Assembly (NCBI RefSeq): GCF_018350175.1
Contig: NC_058382.1
Location: 51,772,001 to 51,836,000, forward strand
Length of the DNA: 64,000 nucleotides
Reading direction: 5' to 3'
Origin: Felis catus
Lineage: Eukaryota
Shown: positions 11,956-25,323 of the stretch, piece by piece
Position numbering within the stretch: the stretch's first letter is position 1
Layout of the letters: the number at the start of each line of letters is the position of its first letter
Position numbers and translations under genes: made by a program
Notes under the pieces: generated by a model
Database searches by the model: none
The model's input: the letters and a program-made list of their open reading frames with translations, nothing else
Told to the model about the DNA's origin: nothing

Positions 11956-14900
11956 GGGTGGGGACATACTCCAAAAGGAATGGAAGGCAGTTACCAGAAG
12001 AGAGGGGTAAAAGATACACCCAACTGGTCAAAATGGCAGCCGTCATGGGTGATGGGAGACTCTGTTCTTCACCACAAAAAGTGAAGGGTCAGAGAGGGGA
12101 CTGGAAGGCAGCTCCATTTCCTATCCCGGGACATTACATTCTCAGCACCAAGTTGTTGAATCACATTAAACGACACATATATAATATTTCCAACTGTCAG
12201 GCCCACTGTCTTTTAAATCTATTTGGTAATCTTGGAAATTCTAGAAACTTTCTCTATTATCACTTCACTGGTGAGCACCAAGCCTGGTGCTTGGTTAACA
12301 GTAGGCACTCGATACATGTTTGGGGAATGAGCGAATACATGACCCACCGTCCCCCAAATGTTAGATGTACATTTCAACAGAAGTTGCCTTGCCACTTGTA
12401 AACACCAACAGTGTTTACTTCCCTGATACGGGTGGTAGCCGGTCCACACAGGTGTGGCTTCAGGCTCCCCTCTGTCACCTCGGCTTCCTCTGTCAGGAGG
12501 TCTGGATCTCTCCAGCTTGCGGGTCTTTTCGCGGAGACTGGCGAGGACACCAAAGGAGCTACGTATTCAGACAGTTTTACCTCTCCTTCATACAATCTGT
12601 TCTCTTGAAGCTGGATGTTCACTTTGTGAATTCTCTAATCACTACTTTCCCTAGGCTGGGAAATGCGGGTCTCTGACTTCTCAAGATGCTCTGTAATTTT
12701 CTCCTTATTGACATCCCGCTGCACCGAGTGCTGGAAGCCAGGGATCTTGAAGACAACCCATCGTGCTACGTCTGGGGGTTGTTATTCCGTTATTCCAGGA
12801 GCACTTACTCGAGCATTCCGGCTTGTCCCCCCGGGGACCCAGGCCCCAGCAGCCTGGATGCTAAAATGAGATTTAACCAAACTAAACCTACTGTGGTAAT
12901 CATATCACGATATACATATGTATCTCATCCGTACGTTGTACCCCTTAATCCAATGCAATGTTATAGGTCAGTTATATCTCAGGAACACTGGGAAATAAAT
13001 ACGCCTTTCAAACTACTAGGGGAGAAAACCCAGCCTTTGAAAACAAACGGTATGTCCATGACTCTGTTCCTACTTTCCTTGGTAGGTATCAGGACCCTCC
13101 CCCTTCAAAATCTGCCAGGTGGGTGCAAGGGTTTCCTAGGGGGTGTTGCCCTGATACGCCTCATTGATTCTGACCCCCTGCTATTGTCCTGTCCTGCCCC
13201 TCCCACCATAGCTGGAGCCATCTCACCAAGTTCCCCCATTTCCTCTCCATCCCAGGGGGTGCGGCCCTCCCTGTAGGCTGTGGCACCCTTTCTACTCCAT
13301 TTATAAGCAACGTATGCCACCTTAGGTACGCATGCCCCTGCTTTTCGGAGCCAATAAATGTAACGCTCTTTCCTTAATTACTCATCATCACTATTATCGT
13401 AACGACCTTCATTGAGTACTTATGTTACAGGTTTTATAGGAATTTCTAGGGTACCAAACATGTCACAGATGAAGACACAGGATCAAAGGGGTGAGGGAAC
13501 TTGCCAAAGATCACACAAGTAGTGAGACAAAGAGAGCTGATGTTGACTGAGCCCGGGTCTCTCTCCAGGGCTTCATCTTCATGGATTTCGTACCCATTCT
13601 TCCCTCCTCTGTCCTAGACTCAAGCCCCTGGAGGTGAAGGGTGATATACCACATATCAGAATCAAGCCCCTTCCCCCCCTGTATTGCCACAAGTGTCTTC
13701 GTGCAGACTTATGTGCTCCAACCTGTAGTTCTCTTAGGATGATTGTTTTTCTTTTCCCCAGAAGGCTTAGCTGCTATTCAGGCACACAGATACAAGGTGG
13801 GGCAGCCCCACTGGCCCAGACAGTCTGAGTTCTACACTAAACTGGTGAGGCTTTCAGGCTGTGCTCTGTGGCCCTCTCTCCTTCCTCTCAATACAGACAC
13901 GCGTACTTCTTCAAACAGACTATCCATCAAATTACAGACTTTCTTTTCTTTCTTTTTTTTAAAAAAAGAATTGTTTTTCAGAAAGAAATGTTTTTCATTT
14001 GTTTATAGTACACCTAGTTCTATCAGCTAATGGGGAGCTATTAATGGGGAGCCACCGTTCCTATGATTGGTCTGAATGATCTTGTAAATGGATTCTTTTT
14101 AGCCTCCCAGCTAAACTCACTAACGTTGTATTTCCTGGGGACCTTGTAATAAACTTTGAGTCGGCATTTCACAGCCAGAACCTGGGTAGCTAAATGCAGC
14201 TAGCAATGTGCCCACCTTCCTAAAACAGCCCTTCCAAGTTTATCTGCCTTCAGATCCATGAGAAACTTCTCTGCCTGACCATAAAGGAGAAGGTCCTTTC
14301 TTCTGGGACTGCTCCTTCATGGGAAATGGATAGCAAAGGCAGTTTTCACCCACCCACTCCCTTGGAGCCTCACCCTCTCTGTCCTCAGCCAATAGCACAT
14401 GGGGGAGACTTGACTTCTTCTTTTTGCTCTTTTGACATTGCCTTTGCTTTTCCTATTCTTCTTTTCCCTTTTGTATCCTTGATGTAGTTGGGTCTGTTCG
14501 CTCTTGAATAGAAGCCCAACTTCCAATAGAATTTCAAAGCACTGTCAAATTCTGTCGAGTCCTTTGGAAAACACCAAAGCAGGTCGCATTTGTGCTACAG
14601 AGAAAAACCCCTCAAAAATTTCCTCTTCCCATTTCCATCCTCTGTGCCTCCTGCTAACCTTTAACCTGGCCCCCGTGCTCTTCAAACTCGCCCAGACTCG
14701 CAAATCCTACCCTTAGATTCCTGGTCTCGTACATTTATCTCTGCTCACCTTTCACACCTATTCTTTTACCTTCCAGAAGTAAATCTTTGCTTTACCCAAA
14801 GCACATCAATCAAGCAGGACTTTGATCTCCTCAGTCCCCCTCTACCCTTCCTGATACACCAACATACTCAATAAGGCTGCCGCCAAGCATCGAGCACGGC

Positions 14901-15122
14901 TGAGCTCGTTCTCTTCAGCAAGAAGGAAGGAAAGAGCTTGTATCACTCCTAGCTATTTTCCTACTGACCCCTTCAGCGGAGGAATCGTTTTCTGCAAGGC
15001 CCCCCCTGTGCTAAGCAGTGAACACTGAGAGAGGTGTATTTTAAGACAAACTCTGCCTTGGAGTTGCTCATAATCTGTGGGGAAGACAATAGGATAGTGA
15101 TGCTGCTCCTGCTTTCTTCTTA

Positions 15123-15298
15123 GGTTAATTACATTTAAATATTAATTAACTAAAGTTAAAAGTTCAGTTCTTTAATCACTCTAGCCACATTTCAAGTGTT
15201 TGGTAACCATATATGGCCAACGCCACCATAATGGACAGCACAGATGCAGAACATTTCCACCGCTGCAGAATGTTCTGTTGCACAATTTGCTACTCTAG
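15123..15298. mobile_element. MER3/MER33-like hAT-Charlie fragment
   Basis: Diagnostic ctagccacatttcaagtg...atatggccaacg...ggacagcacagatgcagaacatttccacc...tgttctgttg, ending near tctaga. Confidence 0.7.
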
Positions 15299-17303
15299 AC
15301 TTCACCCCATTTATTCCCCCAATTGAAACAACTGTTTTACTAAATGCTGTTTTTAACAGCAGCAATGACTTAAGGGATAATGTCACATCATAGTAAAAAT
15401 GGGCTGTTTCTCTGCGGAGCCCCCGCCTCTCTGGGTCTCCAGGAAGGAGTCAAGCAGGAAGCGCCTTGCAATGTCTGACACTGGCTTCTCCCCGCCACTT
15501 AGAGGTTGGATGAGGGAGAAGAGGTTGGGAGAGGAGGAGCAAAGAATACACCCTTTCCTAAGTGATGGTTTCTTGGGGATGCCTCCGTGATTCCTGCTAA
15601 GCGAGTCAGTAACTGCCCTCTGCTAGCTATGACCTTTGTACCGTCTCTTATTAAGGGGACTGTCACACCATGTAGTCATTTATTTGTCCTCTCCGAACTC
15701 CTGAGAAGGGGAGATGCCAAGCCCCAAGTCACAGGGGGGCTCGCTGAATTTAAATTGAATTAGACTGAATGTTCTACGTAACCAATCACTGCCAGGCACC
15801 CGTTTGAAGTCAATGACTTGGTCAACGTCTAACATGGAACATAGAGATTTTAACCTTTTTAGAAACCTTCTTAGGAACAAATACCCGCTGTGTCCTCAGG
15901 AGAGGCTGAGAGTAAATAAATAACTCCGGGTCCAAAAATCAAGGGATTAGTCTTGGGATCAAGGAGAGCTTGTTTTGGACCCATCTGGACCACGCTCTTC
16001 TGTTTCTGTTGAAAGCTGGCTCCTTGATATTTAGACTCTCAATCACTGGCCATTTTGTTCCATGTTAGAATACTACAGAAATGTGTTTTGAATGCTAATT
16101 TGGACACAGGATTTGAATGTATTTCCTCTCTCAGAGGGAATCAAACTGACTTGTACAACCGTAGCCCAAACTGTGCTGCCCTCATCATCATCCCGATTTT
16201 GTGGATAAGGGGATCTGGGTGGGGCAACAATAGCGTTATTGACTTAATAAACAAAATGGTAGATTACAAAGAACATCAGATGTGTCGGAGAACTTCAATA
16301 GGTCTCAAATGGCCGCAGTGGTCTGTTGATCTAAAAACAGTGGTGAGACAGGGCGGGCAGGGTCACGCGGAGGGGGCCAGTGTCGGGAACCATGGGGCAG
16401 CGGTGGAGAGAGGAGAGTCTGCTGGAACACAGGTGGCTTCTCTTTCCTGAGGTCCATCCAGGACAATTCTGGTTGCTCTCAAATGAGAGATGCCATTTGA
16501 GATTTGCCTAAAAGGTGTCCTTGTTTGAGACAGTGAGTGGTTTTTTGTTGTTTTTTTTGGCTCCCCTAGCAGATTAGTATCCGTGTATTCTCACAGTCTT
16601 GAGATAACCCAACAGGCACTTACACGAGCCCAAAAAGAAAAAAAAAAAAAAAAAAAAGAATTGGGAGCTAGATCTTCCGAGACCAATGCCTATTGTCCTG
16701 GCTTTCTCAAGTTATCAGCTGAGATGGAGAAACAAAACCAAAATCGTCAGTTCTGGGGAAATGAGGGAATGCCTCACACATCCGCTGCTCTGTCCCCGCT
16801 TGGATGTGGAGTTCAGTGCTTTGATGAACTCAGCAACAGCCAGGCGAGAGCAGAGTGAAGAAGGCGCATATCCTGCTTTGGGGCCCTCTTCTTCTTTGGG
16901 GAGCTGGCAGGGGTCGCCACTGATGCTCCCCGAGCCCAGGGAAGTCCAGACTTCCCACCTGGAGCTTGACATGTTCTCCTTGATGTCCACACCCTATCCA
17001 GCATTCTGTGATTTCCCACGGACCCATAGAAAGCCCCGAACTCCAATTTTTCACTGACCTTCCCAGGACTGACCAATCCTGCATGTATTTTGACAACCCA
17101 CCTGCTTTCATCTTTCCTATTTTTCTTCAGTCTCTGCCCCTTTCTCGGTGCTTTGATCTCTTCAATTCCTGCCTTTCCCTTTCCTCGTATATTCTCAGGT
17201 CCCAGCTGAAAGATCGCATTCTCTTTCACACCCTCCCTGCCTTAGTTGTAAGAATGCATGGAAATTTCCTCCTCAGGGGCCACCATACAAAGGAGCTTCA
17301 TAA

Positions 17304-17645
17304 TATGGCCCTTTGTAGCAACGTGGATGGAACTGGAGAGTGTGGTGCTAAGTGAAATAAGCCATACAGAGAAAGACAGATACCATATGTTTTTACTCTT
17401 ATGTGGATCCTGAGAAACTTAACAGAAATCCATGGGGGAGGGGAAGGAAAAAAAAAAAAAGAGGTTAGAGTGGGAGAGAGCCAAAGCATAAGAGACTCTT
17501 AAAAACTGAGAACAAACTGAGGGTTGATGGGGGGTGGGAGGGAGGGAAGGGTAGGTGATGGGCATTGAAGAGGGCATCTTTTGGGATGAACACTGGGTAT
17601 TGTATGGAAACCAATTTGACAATAAATTTCATATATTAAAAAAAA
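17304..17645 (+). mobile_element. Young 5'-truncated felid L1 (ORF2 tail and 3' UTR) with poly(A) and TSD
   Basis: L1 3' motifs (tggatggaactggag...ctaagtgaaataagcc...gagcataagagactcttaaaaactgagaacaaactgagggttgatgggggg), AATAAA at 17621 and an A-tail. Perfect 15-bp TSD AAAGGAGCTTCATAA at 17289-17303 and 17646-17660. Confidence 0.92.
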
Positions 17646-17738
17646 AAAGGAGCTTCATAAATATTCAGCATCAGGGACAACTGCTCTGTGCCCACCAAAG
17701 GAATAAAACCCTGCAAAGGAAGAATGTGCCACCCGTCT

Positions 17739-18150
17739 TGTAGTGGATACTGGGTGCACCCCCCAGAACCCCCTTCTAGGACCCGGGACCAGGAGTGATG
17801 GTGGCTGATCGGTCACAGCTGTGCCCCTGCGGAGGCACTGCCCTCAGCCGAAGGAGGCCACCTTGCCCCAGACTGCGCTCCCTCCCTGGGGCAGCTCTCA
17901 TCCGAGGGTATGAAAGCCTAGTCCCCTGGCCTTGATTCATGACGACCTGTGGGGCCATCGTAGCTCTGGAACTTTCCATGGATACAACGAGTCCTTCTTG
18001 CTTCTATGTCAGCGTTTAACTTCATCCTCTACCCAGCCCAGCTGCCCTCACATGTTACAGAGGGGTTGTCTCCTAGAGTTCTGCCCCTCACACCTCCTGC
18101 ATGCAAACCTCAGTCTCTGGGTCTGCTTCCCCTGGAACCTGACCTATGAC
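17739..18150. mobile_element. LTR16-like ERVL solo LTR
   Basis: Starts TGTAGTGGATAC and ends ...ctcagtctctgggtctgcttcccctggaacctgacctatgACA, giving TG...CA termini and LTR16-type end motifs. Confidence 0.6.
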
Positions 18151-19053
18151 ACCTTCTTTGCGTGGAGATGGTGGGCTGGGGGGTGGTGACAATGACCGCG
18201 GCTCACATTTATGGAGTACTTCCCATGTGTGAGGCCTCCCGTTTTACATGTACTGTCACATACACGCCGCACCAACACCCCAAAGGGCGAGCACGTTGCT
18301 ATCCCATTTTTGAGGTGAGAAAACTAAGGCTCAAGGCTTTCAAGCAAATCGCGTGGGGAGGAGCCAGAGGGCCACAGCCAAGGATCTAAATTTCGCTATA
18401 GCGATTGCAGCGGGCCACTGCAATGATCCCTTGGGGAGGTCCTTCTGGGGGCCAGTGTTCTGACATCATGGTCATCTTGCGGGACAGCCTATGTCCTGGT
18501 GGCCGTGGGAGCTCTCTGCCTCTGCCGGTACTTCTGTAAAACCACCCATCGCACCACACTGTCATTAGCTTTTACAATTTTGGGTCCCCTGTTGACTCTG
18601 ATATCCAATACTCAGTATGGAGTAAGTGCTCAATGTGACAGATGAATCGAGAAGCCCCCCTCTCTACAACTGGGAAAACGGAGGGGTGGTCCGTCCAAAG
18701 CAAAGCAAAACACAGCAGGCAAAAGTGCAGCCTCTGGACTCACACCGCTCACGTTCCCACCTTGGCTCCGTGAACCTCGACATGCCTCGGTTCTGATGTC
18801 TGTAAACTGTGGTAACAGGATTTATCTCTTAGCATTGTTACGGTTGCCGTAAACAATTATGCTTATAAGACATGCCTGCTACATAGCAAGTGTCCCATAA
18901 ATGTTATCTAGCCACAGGTAATTCGTCTTCTCCCCTTGCCCCATCATCAGAGAAATCAGAATGGGGGTTTCTAGATATCCACCTGCTTCTGGGGGGCCCT
19001 CCAACTATCATGAAGCCCTGTGGGAGAACCCTTCTCAGAAAGGGTCCATCCTC

Positions 19054-19270
19054 GGGGCGCCTGGGCGGCTCAGTCGGTTAAGCATCCGACTTCAACTCAG
19101 GTCATGATCTCGTGGTTTGTGTGTTCGAGCCCTGCATCGGCCTCTGTGCTGACAGCTCAGGGCCTGGAGCCTGCTTCGGATTCTGTGTCTCCCTCTCTCT
19201 CTCCTCCTCTCCTGCTTATGCTCTGTCTCTTTCTGTCCCTCAAAAACAAAATAAATTTTAAAAAAGAAGG
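19054..19270 (+). mobile_element. CanSINE (SINEC)
   Basis: tRNA-like head ggggcgcctgggcggctcagtcggttaag, B-box gttcgagcc, (CT)n tract and A-rich tail. Confidence 0.92.
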
Positions 19271-19430
19271 AAAGAAAGAATCCATTCCTTCTTTAGGGGA
19301 ACAGCTGACTTTGGGCTATTAGAACAGTTTTGCTCAACCCTAAGGGCACATGAGCTTATGTGCGTGGGCTAGCTGAGGCCAAGATGTACACATTTAGGAA
19401 AAAAAAAAAAAAAATATATATATATCTATC

Positions 19431-19435
<5 letters not shown>

Positions 19436-19474
<39 letters not shown>
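19436..19474. repeat. (CA)n microsatellite following poly-A/(TA)n
   Basis: Read directly from the sequence. Confidence 0.85.
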
Positions 19475-19475
<1 letters not shown>

Positions 19476-20113
19476 CACAATGATCCTGACATGCATCCAG
19501 AAACTGACTGTACTAGAGGCTCAGTCAGGCTGTACCCTCTGTGGGCAGCAATTACCGCTACGGGGGAAGGGGAGGCCTGCCATCACCCACCAAGACTGTG
19601 GCCTCATGGTCTCATTGAAAACTCGCCAGACACAAACTCAAAGGGTCTAGGAGATGTTTCAGAGAATCATGAGAGCTCGTGATTTCAAGAAACTTAAAAC
19701 ATGGCAGCTAGTCTCACATTTTAGATTCCCTCCCACGACATCCTTCACCCTCTTTACAAACACCCTAAGTCACTAAGAATGTGACTGTTTTTTGTCAGCA
19801 GTTTGAACGTGGAAGTAAATGGCGTGATAACCACATTTTTCAGAGGATACAAATTCAGGAGGAAGAGCCAAGTTTTGGGATGAAAGAATGAGGGTACAAA
19901 AAGGAGCCAGACAAATTGGCACGATGAACCTAATCTAATAAGACCGCATTTCGCAAGCATACATGTAACCCTTTGGACCAGGATCAAAAAACGTAAGTGC
20001 CCTAGAGGCCAATGCCAGAGTTTTCCATTTTCTTACCTATTTAATCATCATCTATTAATTTATACCTTGCCTCATTCCAAAAAGGACTTGAAGTAGCTTA
20101 AGAAGAAAGGATG

Positions 20114-20303
20114 CAGCAACTATTCTCCAAGCGGCATCCCCAGACCAGCAGCGGTAGCATCGCCTGGAAACTTGCTAGAAACGCAAATTCTTGGACCTCG
20201 CCCCAGACCTGCTGAGTCAGAAACTCAGCAGTGGGGCCCTGCGATCTGAGTCTTTATAAGCCCTCCTGGGCATTCTGATACGTAACAAAGCTTGAGATGC
20301 ATT
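20114..20303. mobile_element. MER5A-like hAT-Charlie MITE
   Basis: cagaccagcagc...agcatcgcctggaaacttgctagaaacgcaaattctt...ccccagacctgctgagtcagaaactc matches the recalled MER5A consensus. Confidence 0.8.
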
Positions 20304-22086
20304 ATAATACAGTTTAAGATTTTTTTTTTTTTAAATAGAAACTCCAAAGCGTTCAGAAAGTTGAGACGAAGCTGAATGTTCCGATGACAAAGAGAATGAA
20401 TACATAAAGCCCTGCAGTTGGGTGGGGGTGGGAGGGTGCCGCAAATTTGGCTCAGAGCTTCCTGCTAGCCCATGCAAAGAAAAGCATAGAATTGGTTTCT
20501 AAAGTGCTGGGATTGTAAGATCCATACAAACCGGTCCTTGTGCTGCGAGCTGAGGGAAAATTCCTCTGTGTTTCTAAAGAAGCGAACGTGTGTTGTAGCA
20601 AATGATATGCTCAACAGTATTCCCTAGTAGGGGAAGTGATAGGTTTCGGAAGATGATTGGCCATGTCTCCTAACTGAGCCAAGGACCAGGCAATCCTTGG
20701 GATTTCTATTGAACTTGAGATCAAAATATATGATAGGGCTCTAGTGATCTTCATCAACAGAAGTAAGCTGCTGGAAGGACATACTCATCACACGGTTCTC
20801 TGTGTGGTGATCTGACAATATTTGGATTCCCACGGAAACTTGGATTTCCCAGTGCTAAAGGTACCGTCAACCTGGGGAAGGAACCAAGAGGCTAGAGATC
20901 TAATCCTTTCATAGAAGAACCGCCCTCCCCTTCCTTTCAGCTAGAGAATAAAAGGCAGGGGGAACTTCTCCATTATCTACTTGCCTCTTCTTTGCTAAAC
21001 TTTTTTGGGCCAATTTTCTCTCCTATTGGAAAATGAATAAACTATAGCTAGTTGATTCTTCCATCATCCACTTAGTGGTGTCCTTTGACAACTCATTTGT
21101 GTCTTCTCTGATAATGATCAGCATATCCAAAAGACAACGGACAGATCCCAAACCATGAACGCTGAGGACAAGAACACATAGTAGTTTCCCATGGTGTGGA
21201 GTTAACAGAATGAAAGCCTAGCAGTCAAACACTCAATCTTGGAAGTCACATGAAAAGGGCTCGTTTCTCAGTTCTGTCACCTGCTCTATGACCTTGCACG
21301 AGGTATTTCATCTTTCCTCTTGCACAACACGGAGATTGAAGTGGTCCACGCTCTAATACATGTGGCACCAGCATCATGGGAGCAATATTCGTTGACTCTA
21401 GCAGAACGTAAAATGACAACAGCTGAACACCTCTCACGAGACTTCACAGGGTTGGACTCTATCACTTAATGGATAACAGATAATAAAGCATAGAGGCCAC
21501 GGCTAGCTTACCTTCCTTCAGCTTCTAGATACAATCTCGGCATCCCAAGTCAGCGTCTTTATTAAGACCACCAAGCGTGTCTTCCTCCTTATGTAAGCTA
21601 TGATTATATCTTAAGGAGACTGGACAGGACAAAGGAGCGCCCAGTGAACAGTGCAGGAGAGCGAAGGCGGGCTTCGGTGACTCTACCAAGGCCATGATGC
21701 AGTGACGGCGGTGCAGAACCGCAGCCCGGACTGCCTGCGTCTCTTTCCTTTCACTGTTTTCTCTTAGGCTTCTTGTCGCTGGTTCTTGGAATTATTGATT
21801 TCAGTCACACTTGATTTACTGAGAGTTCTGAGAGTAATTGAGAGTTCATGGTGCGGCAGGATATGCAATCAGCAAGGAGTTTGCAGACCTAGATTCAAGT
21901 CTGAGCTCTGCCGTGTGCTAATTGTGTTGTCTTTGACAAGTCAGGTTTCTTATCTAAGGAGTCTCCCTCTTCACATATATTTAATGGGAATAATAACATC
22001 TGTACATCTTGCCTTTCTGGGATCGTTACGAGGTTTAATGAGATGCGTGTGAAGGCGCCGTGCTGTGTGGATGTAACGAAGTAATA

Positions 22087-22313
22087 TTTTTTTTAATTAT
22101 TTATTTTGAGAGAGAGAGAGAGAGAGAGAGTGTATGAGTACATGTGGGGGGGGGGGAGGGGGGGGAGAGAGAAGGAGAGAGAGAATCCCAAGCAGGCTCT
22201 GAGCTGTCAGCACAGAGCCCGAGGTGGGACTCGATCTTACAAACTGTGAGATCATTGACCTGAGCCAAAATCAAGAGTTGGATGCTTACGTGACTGAGCC
22301 ACCCAGGTGCACC
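22087..22313 (-). mobile_element. CanSINE (older subfamily)
   Basis: T-rich tail, (GA)n, gagaatcccaagcaggctc...gactgagccacccaggtgcacc. Confidence 0.9.
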
Positions 22314-22537
22314 TCAATAATAACCCTGTAAACACAGGCTCTGAGTAACAGTATGAGAGGAAAAAATTAAGGCCTTATTTATTTAAATTATACTAATCTT
22401 TGAGAAAAATATGACTACCTAGTAGAACATTATGTGAAGCACTTGCCAGAACTATTTTTTATTTTTTTGCAATAATCTTAAATGTTCAAGAGCCATATAA
22501 GTATTAGGTAAGAGAGATATCTGAAGATGACCCATTA

Positions 22538-22769
22538 GGGCGCCTGGGTGGCGCAGTCGGTTAAGCGTCCGACTTCAGCCAGGTCACGATCTCGCGGTCC
22601 GCGAGTTCGAGCCCCGCGTCGGGCTCTGGGCTGATGGCTCAGAGCCTGGAGCCTGTTTCCGATTCTGTGTCTCCCTCTCTCTCTGCCCCTCCCCCGTTCA
22701 TGCTCTGTCTCTCTCTGTCCCAAAAATAAAAATAAAACGTTGAAAAAAAAATTAAAAAAAAAAAATTAA
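22538..22769 (+). mobile_element. Young felid CanSINE (SINEC_Fc-like) with TSD
   Basis: CpG-rich, near-consensus body. 16-bp TSD TGAAGATGACCCA(T/C)TA at 22522-22537 and 22770-22785. Confidence 0.95.
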
Positions 22770-23033
22770 TGAAGATGACCCACTATGTGAGCCCGGGTCA
22801 TGAAAACCGTCATTGCCATCCCAAAACAATTTCCAAGTGAAAATCAGATTATCTTAGAGAATACTAGAAACTATAATTAAGAAGGCATATTGCTTGGAAA
22901 AAGAAGTGTTAGCCTCCGGTTTAAGCCCGTGGCTTCACTCTTCACTGTGTGCAAGGCCTTGGGCAAATAATATTATCTCTACACGACGTTACAGGTATTT
23001 TCTAAAAAAAAAAACAAAAAACAAAATGAGGTT

Positions 23034-23209
23034 GGGGCGGGCCCCTGAGCGGCTCAGGTGGTTAAGCGTCCAACTCTTGATTTCTCTCTGGTCACAATTT
23101 CACGATTCATCAGATCGATCCCCACATCAGGCTCTGTGCTGTCTGCCCCTCCCCCGCTTGTACTCTTTCCCTCTCCCTCTCTCAAAATAAATAAAATATT
23201 TAAAAAAAA
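23034..23209 (+). mobile_element. CanSINE (older, diverged)
   Basis: ggctcaggtggttaagcgtccaactcttgatttc head, CT tract and A tail, flanked by an AAAATGAGGT direct repeat. Confidence 0.85.
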
Positions 23210-24743
23210 TGAGGTCAGTAATGTCTGTCCAGTGGATGACTTAGGGTTATTGATTATGGTATTCGTTTTTGTGTGTATCTTTTGGTTTTCATGAGACAGT
23301 GACCACACACATAACTCAAACAAAGAGGTTCTAAAGACAGGTGTGGACTAGCAAAGGAATTCTTGACAATCGGGGGCAGGAGGCGTGCTGGGCCCGGGCT
23401 TCACCAAGCACTTGGCATTCTCGGCAACTTGGCGATGGCATCTGTGAGCGCACCCTGGGACAGGTCGTTGAGATGCTTCCTCGGCTTTTTTCTTCTTTTC
23501 ATTTCCCTACCTACCGGCTTTTTTAACTTACCCTTCCCCGGAGCACAGGTCACTAGGTCCCTCGTTTTATCTTTCCGTGTCCTTGATGATGATGAGTTGT
23601 TTTCTTGGTGCGTATGTCCCAATTCAGAGTTTTTGAGAGAACACCCAATTCTTAGGTCAGCTTATTTATTTCAGACGAAGAGATGGATTCCTGCTTAGGT
23701 CGGGAATGGCCACTCCCCCGACTCTGGGCCCACCAGTGCTGCAATCAGCTGTCAGAGAGAGAAGTTATAGTCGTGGCCCCTTGGATGTGTCGCTTTAGCA
23801 AGGGTGGTGAGTGAAGTTCCCAGAAGTGGGCAACACGGCGTTGTATGTCAGGGCTCAAGTTCTAGCCGTGGCTCGCATACAGAGCCTGATTTTGACGGTT
23901 TCTAAAGATGTGGCGTTACTTAATCTTGCTTAGCCTCGGTTTTCTCAGCTGAAAAACAGATGTGACAGTTCATACTTCCTAGGAGTACTGCTGAATCTTA
24001 AATAACAAAAGTAAAGCACTTAGCACAGTTCCTGCCACAAATTGAACCCTCAGTAAACGCGAGCTTTATCCATACCAGGAGCAGGTGCGTGGGCAGGGAC
24101 CTTGAAACGGGTTTGGTACGACGTGTCAAGGTACTCCATTAACAACTGTTCACCACCTCTTTGTGTGGAGATAAACACTGACCCGTTCCCCGTCCCCTGG
24201 GATATATACCCACTTCACGTTCCTTTCCTGAAGACGGGTGGCTAAGTCAGTCTTACTTCGCCCTTCTCACTGGAATTGAGTAGCTGCCTCTCAGTTTGGA
24301 ATCAGTGTGCCCACTTGGTGCTGGACGGGGGTTGAAGGCAGCCCGATTTAAGAGCATAACAAGCGTCTAGGATGAAACCTTCTCCAGGGGACTAGCGTGT
24401 GTACAGAACTGTTAAGGAATTTCTTCTGGCATTTCTCCATCAGGGTCTTGGGAAACCAGAGGTATTCACACAGAGGAAAATACAGTGAGCTAAAATATGC
24501 GTGAACCGAGATGAAGTGCTTGATTTGGGACGTAGAAACTCCTTTTATTGTTATATAGTGATGCTTTATTTATTTGGTTTTGTTGGAAGATGGGCTGTTT
24601 CGCAGAAGTGAAGTTCATGGATAGCAGAGGTTTGCCCATCGCAGCTCTGAAACTATCTTTAACCCTTATTTCTTGGGAGTCTTCCTAAAACGTGTCACGT
24701 ACTGCGCCTTCTTAAGATACAAATTTAAATGCTAGCACTTATT

Positions 24744-24966
24744 TTTTTTCTTAATTTTTTTTTCAACGTTTATTTATTTTTGGGACAGAGAAAGACAGAG
24801 CATGAACGGGGGAGGGTCAGAGAGAGAGGGAGACACAGAATCAGAAACAGGCTCCAGGCTCTGAGCCATCAGCCCAGAGCCCGACGCGGGGCTCGAACTC
24901 ACGGACCGCGAGATCGTGACCTGGCTGAAGTCGGACGCTTAACCGACTGCGCCACCCAGGCGCCCC
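24744..24966 (-). mobile_element. Young felid CanSINE (SINEC_Fc-like) inserted at a MIR edge
   Basis: Perfect 17-bp TSD AAATGCTAGCACTTATT at 24727-24743 and 24967-24983. About 4 substitutions versus the 22538 copy. Confidence 0.95.
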
Positions 24967-25323
24967 AAATGCTAGCACTTATTGAAACTTACTCCGTACC
25001 TGCCATTATGCTTAGGTGTTTAACTGTCATTAATTTTCCCGACACCCCTGCGAGACAGGTACTATCATAAGCCTCCACTTTACCGACGAAGAAATGGAGG
25101 CTTACAGAGGCTGAGGAACTTGTCCAAGGTTACAGAGGGAGAAGTGATGGCATTGGAAATTGTGCCCAGGGCCTCTCCAAGCTCTTAAGAAAGTGGCCAT
25201 GCTACTGGAGAACAATTTGGTTAATCAATGACCCTCAGAACTGTTAACCATTAAAGTAGATCTTTGGGAGTCTCCATGCACATTTCAGAAATGTGTCTGT
25301 TACTCTGAGCATCCCTTGGACAC

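Noticed and set aside
12686..13276. 196 aa ORF in intron 1
   Set aside because: Non-ATG start, no recognisable homology, and it crosses an L1 3'-end-like fragment near 12890-13000.
19054..19130. tRNA genes at SINE heads (A and B boxes)
   Set aside because: They are tRNA-derived CanSINE heads followed by SINE body and tail, not tRNA genes.
22535..22723. Recurrent peptide GQRETEHERGRGRERGRHRIGNRLQALSHQPRARRG (also at 24729, 28915, 56223), resembling a small gene family
   Set aside because: It is the antisense translation of young CanSINE copies.
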